Below, one piece after another: positions 30,433-41,393 of a stretch of DNA of 64,000 nt. Position 1 is the first letter of the stretch. Every line of letters begins with the position of its first letter. Location: contig NC_043001.1 of assembly GCF_006345805.1 (NCBI RefSeq), positions 57,102,001 through 57,166,000 on the forward strand, given 5' to 3'. Source of the DNA: Octopus sinensis (taxonomy: Eukaryota). The notes beneath the pieces were generated by a model. That model made no database searches and was not told the origin of the DNA. It saw only the letters and a list, made by a program, of their open reading frames with translations. The position numbers and the translations under genes were made by a program.

Positions 30433-30989
30433 TATGCTTTATTAAAAAGCAGCAAAAATATCACAAAAACTGTTACTCAGAGTTTCACGTCCCCGTTTGT
30501 CGAACAGTTTTGTACAGAACGGAACAAAAATAAGGTGATAAGCAAATGTATACGATTAGTTTAATAGATACACATTTGAAAATGGTTTTGTTTCATTGGC
30601 CCTTTCAACAAACGGTCTTTGCAATGACCAGTTACATGCAATGAACAAAATTCGGTAGAAATCATCTTATTTTAAAATCTAAGACAACCTTAAATCAAAA
30701 ATAGCTTATGAAGAAGGACATTTTTGATTAAAGATTTTCTTCGATTTTAAAATAAGATGATTTTTTACCGAATTTTGTTCAGTGCATGTAACTGGTCATT
30801 GGAAAGACCGTTTGTTGAAAGGACCAATTAAACAAAACCATTTTCAAATGTGTATCCATTAAACTAACTGTATATGTTTACTTATAACCTTCTTTATGTT
30901 CCATTCTGAACAAAACTGTCGGACGAACGGGGACGTGGAACTCTGAGTAACAGTTTTTGTGATATTTTTGCTGCTTATTAATAAAGTAT
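30433..30989. repeat. ~560-bp imperfect palindrome with a degenerate hammerhead motif in each arm
   Basis: Arms of ~270 bp align in reverse complement around a centre near 30711. HHR-like segments lie at 30466-30511 (-) and 30912-30957 (+). Confidence 0.85.
30912..30957 (+). ncRNA. Degenerate minimal type I hammerhead ribozyme
   Basis: AAAACTGT-CGGACGA-ACG(GGGA)CGT-GGA-ACTC(T)GAGT-A-ACAGTTTT. Stem I is 8 bp and stem II is 3 bp. Two core substitutions relative to CUGANGA/GAA. Confidence 0.55.
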
Positions 30990-32104
30990 ATATATATATA
31001 TATATATTGCAATTTTATTATCAGTCAGACTATGCTTCATGCACGTTCGTATGTATGTATATATCACTTTAACGTTGAAGATGTTGACAGCTCAATGTTT
31101 CGGGTATGTAGCATGTTGGGGAACCCTATCGTAAGCAACATATGAGTGTCCAGTTGTTCGGTCAACTTAAATATGTAGTCATTGGATTAATATGTAGTTG
31201 GGTAAGTAGTTCAGCCACATGTACTCTTGACAACACTCTAAAGTAACACAGTCATATGGCAAGACATTTGAATTATGTTTGAAGTCCATCCTTTTCTATC
31301 TATCGTCTTTTACATATAAACTTCTGTCAATGCGAAACTATTGCAAAAAGAATAAACATTTTATCCCCTTGTCAACTAGCTTAGAATTATCAGTATGTTG
31401 ATAACAACTTCTTTTGTGTAAACAACCTTTGATTCACAATATACCTCAAAATTGTTTACCTGCGATCATCAACGGTTCAACTTTGAAAAATTCGTCACAT
31501 TTATTGAAGTAATATCATATGCTATATATATTTTCACAGCCGTTTTATATTGATTATTAGTTTCAAGAATAGTTGTTACTGGTGTAATGAAAGTTTGGTC
31601 AAAATTTTCACACAACAACGTTTGCAGTAGGCAAGAATCAAAACGACTTTATTAATTCTTACTTGCCCCTGCAAGTAGTTTGTTGATACCGCTCTCTGTC
31701 ATTCTTATGTCCATAGAGAGCACTTTAAAGTTCTAAAATAAATAGTGAATTCAAACGGAGTTATGATGCAAAACTTGCCCTGTAAAAATATCTTTCCACT
31801 GTTTACAAGTGGTGTAATAACTGCTGCCAATAAAATTTTGTTTCATGACATCTGTCACCTGCGTTGCTTCAGAACAAGTTTTACTGCTTCTCATGCATTA
31901 GATAATTCTTCACTTTAATGCTTCTTTTACACAAACACACACACAGACATACACACACACACACATACACACACACACACACATACACACACACACACAT
32001 GCACACACAAAAATGTATATACGTAGGAGTGGCTGTGTGCTAAGGAGCACAGTAGTGGTTGTGTGGTAAGTAGCTTGCTTACCAACCACACGGTTGGTAA
32101 GCAC

Positions 32105-32415
32105 AAACGGATTAAGTCGATTACATCGAGCCCAGTGCGTAACTGGTACTTATTTAATCGACCCCGAATTGATGAAAGGCAAAGACGACCTCGGCGGGAT
32201 TTGAACTCAGAACGTAGCGGCAGAAGAAATGCCGCTGCGCATTTCGCCCGGCGTGCTAACGTTTCTGCCAGCTCGCCGCCTTATGTATAAAGAAATATTA
32301 ATTTCAAGTTTTGGCAAAAGACTAACCAGTTCGGAGGTAAGGGTAAGTCGATTACATCCACCCCCAGTATTCAACTTTACAAATTCCGAAAGGATGAAAG
32401 GCAAAGTCGAAGGCT
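32105..32415 (-). mobile_element. Two adjacent tRNA-derived SINE copies (OR1/OK-like family)
   Basis: Minus strand reads GGCGAGCTGGCAGAAACGTTAGCACGCCGGGCGAAATGC...GTTCTGAGTTCAAATCCCGCCGAGGTCG; same family as 44768-45520 and 61838-62040. Confidence 0.75.
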
Positions 32416-33565
32416 GTAAATTACGGAGAATAGAGACACACTTATGTCCTTTTTAATAAAAACTGTAACTATATATTATTTATATAATAATATATACTCC
32501 ATTTAGAGCGACTAAACTTAAACAATTGATATTTTTTCTCTCTTTTGTTTGGGACTAGTCACGCGAAATAGAGTATATATTATTATTATACTAGCAATAC
32601 ACCACACCGTTGCCCTGCTGTTAAGATCCACACCAAATTGTATTATTTGTTACCTTTTTATGGGCATTTACTGATCAGCAACCCTACAGTTTCCGTATAA
32701 GAAATTCAGTCACAAGTCTGTGGTTGGCCTAGGGCTATAGTAGAAAACACTTGTTCAAGATACCATGCGGAGGGACTGAACGTGGAACAATATGGTTGGG
32801 AAGCAAACTTCTCAACTACGCAGTCATTCTTGAACCTAAAATATATGTGTATGTTTACATTTTTGTTAAATCGAGTATTGTGTCCTACTATGTCTCAAAG
32901 TTCATCAAGCAGGAATCTATAAAATAAATGCCAGTTTGAAATCCGTGCTGAGGATAGTATATTAAATTAAATTTTGGAAGGTGGAACCCCATCATGGCGA
33001 CAGTCAAAAGACTAAACCTAATAAAATAATGTTTAAAGACTTAATGGCTTAAAATTTAAGGTAATGTATTACTAGACACAAGATAATGACTTCAAAACAT
33101 TGTATTGAACTTCCACCCTATACGACAACACTATGTGTATAATTAAGTCTATTTGACTGCCAAAAATAAATAATTGTAATTTGAAGTTAAATGGTTAGCA
33201 GTAAAAAAGATGTCCGGATTTCTTTAAAAATTATTGTGCCAAATATTCAGAGAAAAATATTTTATTCCCCTCAACAAAACACACACACAAGGTGTCTCTG
33301 TGGTAACTTGAGGTTCTACAAATAGCAACCAAATATATTTTCAAGCACACGCTTTCATCAAAAGGTCAAAGATTCACAGTATTTCAGGAAAAAACAATGT
33401 ATGCGATAGATCTGATACATCAGAGGCAACTCTGAACTAAACAATTGTTTAGGAGTAGTCGCTCTGAATGAAATATATATTGTGATATAAATAATATATA
33501 ATTACAGCTATTATTAAAAAGAACCTATATGTGTGTCTCTTATCAGTAATTTTCAGCCTTCGGGT
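32405..33565. mobile_element. Element bounded by ~125-bp imperfect inverted repeats, containing a SINE fragment
   Basis: 32405-32528 is inverted relative to 33442-33565. A third partial copy lies at about 33712-33760. An OR2-like fragment occupies 32701-32836. Confidence 0.55.
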
Positions 33566-33774
33566 TTGTTTACAAATCTTTAAATGCATAAACTAGGTTA
33601 AATAATCTATACATAAAATGTTGCCGAATTGGGTGCGTACGGAGCCATGTAAGCATTGATGTTGTGTTCAATTCCCAGTGGTTCGGCCGATCATTTTTCG
33701 GTCAGTTGTCAATTGTTTAGGTTTAGTCACTCTAAATGGAGCATCATATAAATATATTATTGGAGTTACTATAC

Positions 33775-33834
<60 letters not shown>

Positions 33835-34065
33835 AATACTAAATTTAAATCTCGTAGAGACATGTCTCGTGGGACAGTACGGTGGTGGGGCGTAGAATGG
33901 TTGTATACTGTCAATCTAACACGAACGTGACAGTAGGGGGGTACACCACCGTTGTATAGCCCTAGGAAGCATCGACGCCTCCTGATGGCTTTGACACATT
34001 TTTCCCTGTGTCCTTATATACATTTACGAAGGGGAGACAAACACCCCCAGCCGCCGGAGCTGCAT

Positions 34066-34108
34066 CTAGGGACACGTGTTTCAGGATCATTGTCCTTCAT
34101 TGGCCTAG
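34066..34108 (-). ncRNA. Minimal type I hammerhead ribozyme, probably inactive copy
   Basis: Minus strand reads CTAGG-CCAATGA-AGGA(CAATGA)TCCT-GAA-AC(ACGT)GT-C-CCTAG. G5 is changed to A relative to the sister copy. Confidence 0.65.
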
Positions 34109-34569
34109 AGTAGCAGACACCGGTCAGCTGGCGATGTTTGTCTCGACTTCGTATTGTATATATCTATAATTCAGTGAAGTCTATTCACTGATTATCAAAA
34201 TAAGAAATACTAAATTTCTAAATCTCTCGTAGAGACATGTACGGTGGTGGGGCGATAGAATGGTTGTATACTATCAATCTAACACGAACGTGAATGTATA
34301 TAAGGACACAGGGGAAAATGTGTCAAAGCCATCAGGAGGCGTCGATGCTTCCTAGGGCTATACATCGGTGGTGTACCCCCTACTGTCACGTTCGTGTTAG
34401 ATTGACAGTATACAACATTCTATTGCCCCACCACCGTACATGTCTCTACGAGAGATTTAGAAATTTAGTATTTCTTATTTTGATAATCAGTGAATAGACT
34501 TCACTGAATTATAGATATATACAATACGAAGTCGAGACAAATATCGCCAGCTGACCGGTGTCTGCTAAT

Positions 34570-34612
34570 CTAGGCCGATGAAGGACAATGATCCTGAAAC
34601 ACGTGTCCCTAG
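34570..34612 (+). ncRNA. Minimal type I hammerhead ribozyme (U4C variant)
   Basis: CTAGG-CCGATGA-AGGA(CAATGA)TCCT-GAA-AC(ACGT)GT-C^CCTAG. All three stems pair perfectly. GUC cleavage is predicted after 34607. Stem III is palindromic (ACACGTGT). Confidence 0.8.
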
Positions 34613-34778
34613 ATGCAGCTCCGGCGGCTGAGGGTGTTTGTCTCCCCTTCGTAAATGTATATAAGGACACAGGGAAAAATGTGTCAAAGCCATCAGGAGG
34701 CGTCGATGCTTCCTAGGGCTATACAACGGTGGTGTACCCCCCTACTGTCACGTTCGTGTTAGATAGACAGTATACAAC

Positions 34779-34869
<91 letters not shown>

Positions 34870-34992
34870 TCTTTTTTTCTCTCTTTATGTTTCAGCTGTA
34901 AGGCTAAAGACATACTGGGGCCCTGCATGTGAGCAATTTAGAAATATTGCATGAATGAACATACAGACACAAACAAACAGCACACTTGCATA

Positions 34993-35012
34993 CATGCACA
35001 TGAGGGTTTAGG

Positions 35013-35099
<87 letters not shown>

Positions 35100-35114
35100 G
35101 TCTATCTATCTATG

Positions 35115-35146
<32 letters not shown>

Positions 35147-35270
35147 ATCTATCTATCTATCTATCTATCTATCTATTTATCTATCTATCTGTCTGTCTGT
35201 CTGTCAATCTGTCTCTCCCTTTCTGGCTTTCTGTCTGTCTATCTGCCTGTCTGCCTGTCTGTCTGTCTAT
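34993..35270. repeat. (TCTA)n/(TCTG)n microsatellite
   Basis: Direct reading. Confidence 0.9.
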
Positions 35271-36339
35271 ATATGCATGTATATAATATAATTTGGAAAA
35301 TAAAATACTTTGTAAAGTATTAAATACTCGAAAAATATTGAATAGAAGTAAATGTTCTGATGATATTTCCACTATACAAAAAATACATTTCTATTCATTT
35401 TTTTCATAAGTAGTCGCTGAATCCAAGACTGCTACTCCCGTATGGACAAACGATGCTATCATCTCCCGTTATTTGTAATGAGGCGTAATGACTGGCACTA
35501 TACAATTCTTTGACTTCATTACTAATAACCCACTATTAATCAAGTAGATCATTTTATTTTCCTTACCAGATCAGTTGGTATGTTTGACTGACATTCGTTA
35601 AACCTACGACAGAATATATGATTGAGGATGTAGCCATATTTCTGGCAGTATTGTTTCTAAGTGATTTTAAGCTACTAGTCTGAAATCAGTTCCAATAACC
35701 CGCAGCTCCTCCTGAATGCTAGAAAACCCAAATGAATTTGAATCAATTATGAATGACTATATTTCATAACTGTGATGTATTCCGGATTTTCGTTGATTAT
35801 ATTTCTGCTATCGCAGCAATAACAACCGCTGAATATATCACACTCACCTAAACAGCCCCCATTCTCTATCGCTGTAGCTCCTAATCTTCTTTCCCCGCAC
35901 ATCCACTCACATATGTGTCTCTATATGTATTTACGTAAGATATATTGACATAATTATGAATACTTATGTGTATATGCACGTATGTGTACATACGTATAAA
36001 TATAAGTACAGACATATAAGTACATACATATTTTCTTTTATATTGTTCTATACCAGCTGCATTAATTGTGGTTTCTGGAATTCAGTAAGATGGGGATCTT
36101 AGTTTTCTTGCTTTTTTTCCTTTTTTCTTGATCCACATTTTGTATCAAACTTCTTCACGTTATTTTTCTAGTTTATTTTTTTGTACTTTCTCACTCTCCA
36201 ACGTCCTTGTTTCTAAAACATATATAACGCATAAACTGAGCCTCGAAAATTGCTTGGAGATACCTGACGTATTTCATAAATATACCTAGTTAAAATATCA
36301 TAAAAGCATGAAACTATTAGTAACTCTTTAAGTTGTGCA

Positions 36340-36377
<38 letters not shown>

Positions 36378-36426
36378 CGTAAATGCATTCATATATATAT
36401 ATATATATATGAATGACAAACAGAAA

Positions 36427-36770
36427 TTGGATTTAGCAAAAGTTTTATTCAGCGCGACGGTCGTTTCGACCAATCCTGCATCTCTCTTTTTCCGGGTAGG
36501 ATATTTTACATCTAGTTGTGTTGCCTCAGTCTCAACGCACGGGGTGCATCGTCAGGTGTCTGATGTAAATAAGATAAGTTATTGCATACACTGAGTATGT
36601 TGGCTAGACTGAATGGAATAGTTTCGGGGTTATAATCAGTAGATCGGTCTGGCTATAGTTCACTGATGGATGCAACACAACTAGATGTACAATATCCTAA
36701 CCGTAAGGGACAGATGTATGATGGGTCAAAACAATCGCTATTTTAAATAAAAATTCTTACTAAATCCATT
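36427..36770. repeat. Inverted duplication (~100-bp arms) of a pLTR-like repeat
   Basis: GGATATTTTACATCTAGTTGTGTTGC (36499-36524) versus GCAACACAACTAGATGTACAATATCC (36672-36697), extending out to TTGGATTTAG/CTAAATCCA. Confidence 0.7.
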
Positions 36771-37583
36771 TTACCCTTCCGTCATTCATTATAGATTCAG
36801 TGACAAACATATCGTAACTGTGGATGACATCAGGTAGCGTAAATAGTGAAAGTGCTCAGATCGGCATAGTACTAGACATCCAAATAATTACAGGAGCAAA
36901 GTTACATCAGAAAACAAAGAATACTTCTATATAGATGTCAGCTCATGTTCTATTAAACAAAGAATAGCTAACCATGTGATAGAAGTAAGAAAAATTGTAC
37001 GAGTCTCAGTAAATTAATTTCGTCGCTGAAGGATAGAAATAAAATATATTCAGTTAGCGGGAATATTATTGGTATAGCTCAATGGTATAGTATAGGGGGT
37101 AAAATATATGACTCATGCGTAGAAGAAATGTACCAAAACAACACTTCAAAATTTCAACTGACAAACAATAGACACAAACGCGGTTTAAGGTGTCTTTATG
37201 TAAGAAAGTTTGCTTTTAAACATTTCAAATAAAAGCATTACACTTTATATAATAAGACAAATGATCAATTATGAGAATAAGAATTGTGAAAGTAAGAAAA
37301 AAAATATGAGTCAAAATTAATTGAGGACCTCTAAAACTAAGAATATTCTTTTTGAAATGAGTGGAATGGTAAACTTCTTATTGTACTAATGAAGGAACAC
37401 AATTTTTAATCGAATCTTGACTTATTTTTAGGACTATATTTCGCTTCATCTACCACATAGAGGATGTGAAAACTAGTTCAAGATTCCTACAACTATTTAT
37501 AATAATACCAATACTTCCGAAAAATAATTTCTTCATTTAGCATCCTGAGTCCTTCAGAATCACTTCGAAACGGCAGTAAACAG

Positions 37584-37669
37584 GGGCCCTGATGAAACCG
37601 TACAAACAATGACACATGGATGCTTATCTAACAGTGAGCAGTCGAAGCAGTTGAAACCCGCGTAGGTCC
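37584..37669 (+). ncRNA. Type I hammerhead ribozyme with intact catalytic core and extended stem II
   Basis: GGGCC-CTGATGA-AACCG[47 nt]CAGTT-GAA-AC(CCGC)GT-A^GGTCC. The core is canonical CUGAUGA/GAAA. GUA cleavage is predicted after 37664. A sister copy lies at 39755-39840. Confidence 0.8.
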
Positions 37670-37739
37670 AGAAAAGAATGCTGTAATAACTGTTTGATAA
37701 AATTATAGGAGTGAATAATCTCCGCTCTTCTTATCATTA

Positions 37740-37806
<67 letters not shown>

Positions 37807-38104
37807 TATATATTTAAATATTTAAAAATTTATATATATAATATATTATATATATATAAATATGGAAGATGTCAAGGTAGAAAATGCTAAATTATTTTAT
37901 AGAAAACATTTCAGTACCAGTTTCAGTTATTGAGACTTTTTCATCTGTAAGTATGAAAAACAATTAAATTTTGGAGAGATTAAAAGAAAAGTTTATAAAA
38001 AGAATATTTGTATAGCATTCAAAGCGGCATTTTACTTGTTTCTGTCCGTCTCATTCTCCCTTATTTAATTTTGTGGGTTCGAGGTCGTTGTGAATTCTTA
38101 GTAG

Positions 38105-38280
38105 GGAAGAAGAAGAAGGGAGATGAGAAGAAGGAGAAGAAGAAGAAGAAGAAGAAGAAGAAGAAGAAGAAGAAGAAGAGGAGAAGAAGAAGAGGAGAAG
38201 AAGAAGAAGAAGAAGAAGAAGAAGAAGAAGAAGAAGAAGAAGAAGAAGAAGAAGAAGAAGAAGAAGAAGAAGAAGAAGAA
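38105..38280. repeat. (GAA)n microsatellite
   Basis: Direct reading; explains the poly-K/E and poly-S/F ORFs. Confidence 0.95.
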
Positions 38281-38368
38281 TGCATGAGTGCCATGATTGT
38301 AGTATGTTAAATGGTGAAGTGCCCTGAAAGTGACCCGTTGTGGATGGTAATATATATATATATATATA

Positions 38369-39658
38369 TACGAGGGACGTTCAATAATTAATGCTTCTGA
38401 CCCACTGATCTAGCTGAAATTGTTTGATCTAGCTGAAATTTTGCATGTGCAATTATTCATCACTCTATAGATGAAGTGACAAATTACAGCTCTGAACAAA
38501 TTGTGGTTTCCGATTTACAGGTGTTTGAACTGAGTCAAGTGTGAAATGGAACCTGCTGAGTGTCGAGCAGTGATCCGGTTTTGGTATTTGAAAGGACGCA
38601 CACCACGGGAGACTTTTGATGAAATGAAAGTAACTTATGGTAATGATGCCCCATCATATGACCTTGTAAAACGCTGGCATCGTGAATTCAAACATGGTCG
38701 GAACTCTGTGGAAACAGCTCCCAGATCTGGTCGCCCCCCTTCTGCCATTGATGAGGCATCTGTCCGTCAAGTTGAGGCTGCCATTTTGGAAGATCGACCC
38801 ATAACTATTCACCAAATAGCCCATGAGGTCAAGATTAGTACCGGGTCTGTGGAAACTATCATTCATGACCATTTGCATATGCAAAAGGTGTCTGCCAGAT
38901 GGATTCCCAGGTTGCTCACACCTTTCCAGAAGCAAGAACGCGTCGAGTGCTCAAGGATGAATTTGGAGATGTGCCAAGAAGATGAGTCAACATTTTTCAC
39001 AAGACTGATCACTCAGTATGAAACCTGGGTCCATCACTATGATCCAGAGACCAAAGCCCAGTCAATGCAGTGGAAGCACCGTGACTCACCTCCTCCAAAG
39101 AAGGCAAGGATGCAGCCCTCCGCTGGCAAGGTCATGCTCACAGTCTTCTGGGACCAGGACGGAGTAGTGATTTCCTGGCAAAGGGTACCACAATTACAGG
39201 AGCCTATTATGCTTCACTTCTGAGGAAATTAAGAGAAGCTATGAAAATCAAGAGACGGGGCAAGATCGGTAAGGGCATCCTCCTCCCGCAGGACAACGCT
39301 CCGGTCCACAACTCGCGTGTCGCCAGATCAGAAGCACAGGCGTGCGGCTATGAACTCCTCCCCCATCCCCCTACTCTCCTGACCTTGCACCCTCTGATTT
39401 TCACCTCTTCCCAGCCATGAAGTTGTTTTTGAAAGGAAAGCGTTTCCCAGATGATGCAGCATTGATTTCTGAAGTCACGTCGTAGTTGGAGGACCAAGCT
39501 GGGGTCTTCTACTAAAACGGTCTCCAGAGCTGCATCAAACGATGGGAGAAATGCGTAACTCTGGGTGGCTCCTATGTAGAAAAAGACAGTGCCAAGTTTC
39601 GTTGCTCTACTGCTATGGGAAGTGGGTCAGGGGCATTACTTATTGAACGCCCCTCGTA
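38369..39658 (+). mobile_element. Full-length frameshifted mariner, same family as 16602-17906
   Basis: TA-flanked TIRs TACGAGGGACGTTCAATAATTAATGC / GCATTACTTATTGAACGCCCCTCGTA. ORF 38546-39223 (MEPAECRAVIR...WIPRLL), then a frameshift; HPPYSPDLAPSDF lies downstream. Confidence 0.95.
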
Positions 39659-39754
39659 TATATGCGCGTGTGTGCGTGTGTGTGTATACATATATATTAA
39701 TAATGATAAGGAGAACATAATTTAATCAAACAGTTATTTACATTATTCTTTTCT

Positions 39755-39840
39755 GGACCTACGTGCGTTTCAAATGCTTCGACTGCTTACCGTTAGATAA
39801 GCATCCTGGTGTCATTGTTGGTACAGTTTCACCAGGGCAT
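39755..39840 (-). ncRNA. Type I hammerhead ribozyme, degenerate sister copy
   Basis: Minus strand reads ATGCC-CTGGTGA-AACTG...CATTT-GAA-AC(GCAC)GT-A-GGTCC. It has an A6G core change and a weakened stem I. Confidence 0.65.
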
Positions 39841-39859
39841 CTGCACACTGCCGTTTATA

Positions 39860-39909
<50 letters not shown>

Positions 39910-40485
39910 ATATATATATAATATATATATATATACATGTGTATATGTGTTTATAGCCGCATGTATATATATATACATACATTGTGATTTTCTCACATGC
40001 ATGTATGTTATACATATATTTTACTCACGAAATACGCTCATAGAATCAAAAATAAATATACTTTTATAGTGCTATTCAAAAGCTTATACCTGTACTTAGA
40101 AAGGTATCAAATTTTTGACATCTCTACAGCGAAACCTAAATATATTTTTGAAAAACGGAAATCTTATCGATGTCCCTTCGCGGAGGCATTTTGAAAAACG
40201 TTTTAATTCCATTTTTTGCAACATTTCTATATTTTAATTCTTTTCATAATAGCAAAATAGAACGGATCAAAGATGTATTAGAAAAGAAAAGATAGAGGAG
40301 TAAAGAAGCAACTCAGAGCTACGGTTCCATTTATAAATAAGAAGAAACTAAAACTTGCTATTTTGTTTTCTGGTTCTATAACACCAGCCATCCAAACAAG
40401 TCAATATGAAAATATTCGTTTTATACTAAGTAATCTTTGCATATTAATTTACCAGTGAGTGTGAGCGTATACACACACACACATA

Positions 40486-40527
<42 letters not shown>

Positions 40528-40639
40528 ATATATTATATATATATATTATATATATATATATATTGAAACAAAGAAAGATATTGATGGGATAATTATATGT
40601 ATATGTGTGCATATATGTATATGTATATCTATCTATTAA

Positions 40640-40679
<40 letters not shown>

Positions 40680-41393
40680 TATATATATTATATATATATA
40701 GATATATATATATATATAACATTTTATCTGGTGAGTATGAGAATGTATATATATATATTTGCGTGTGTGTTTCTGAATGCGTTTACTTTTACTAATATCT
40801 AACATGTATATACATATAACTGCATTATTATATATATGGATATATAAGACTAAATATTTAGATAGTTATATACATAGGCACGCACACAATGCCTCCTAGA
40901 CACGGATACACACTCACAGATGCACATTTACACACATCCACACACAAATATATATATAGTTTTACTACATATGTGGGAAATTGTCTCTGCATACTATGAA
41001 TTGTTATTATCTCATATTTGATTAGCCTGTTATTACGTAAAATGCTTCACGATTTTAGTATACATATCCTATTAGTATTTCCTCCTATGTTCTATGTACT
41101 CTGGGAACGCACTAAATCCCTTTTCGGGGCCACTTCTTTTGAATTCTTACCATCGGGTAACTAATTTCATGCTGTTACATGACTAATTTCACAATTTGAG
41201 TATTCATAACTTATTGGAGGAATACTTAAAAATGAGATACTGTGTATGGCAGTTCGGTATTCTCTGTAAATGCACAAAATCCGTTTTAAGGGCTATATAC
41301 TTTGTGTTGTTATTGGATCAGCGAAACAATTATGAGAAAGGAAGCAAGGGATAAGCCTCACTTTCCCGGGAATTATATATATATATATATAAA

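Larger units (their letters stand above)
33831..34784. mobile_element. Hammerhead-bearing ~361-bp repeat in partial-tandem plus inverted arrangement (retrozyme/pLTR-like)
   Basis: 34293-34784 holds ~1.36 monomers (AATGTATATAAGG at 34293 and 34654, period 361). 33831-34292 holds ~1.25 monomers in the opposite orientation. Both ends run into (TA)n. Confidence 0.85.
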
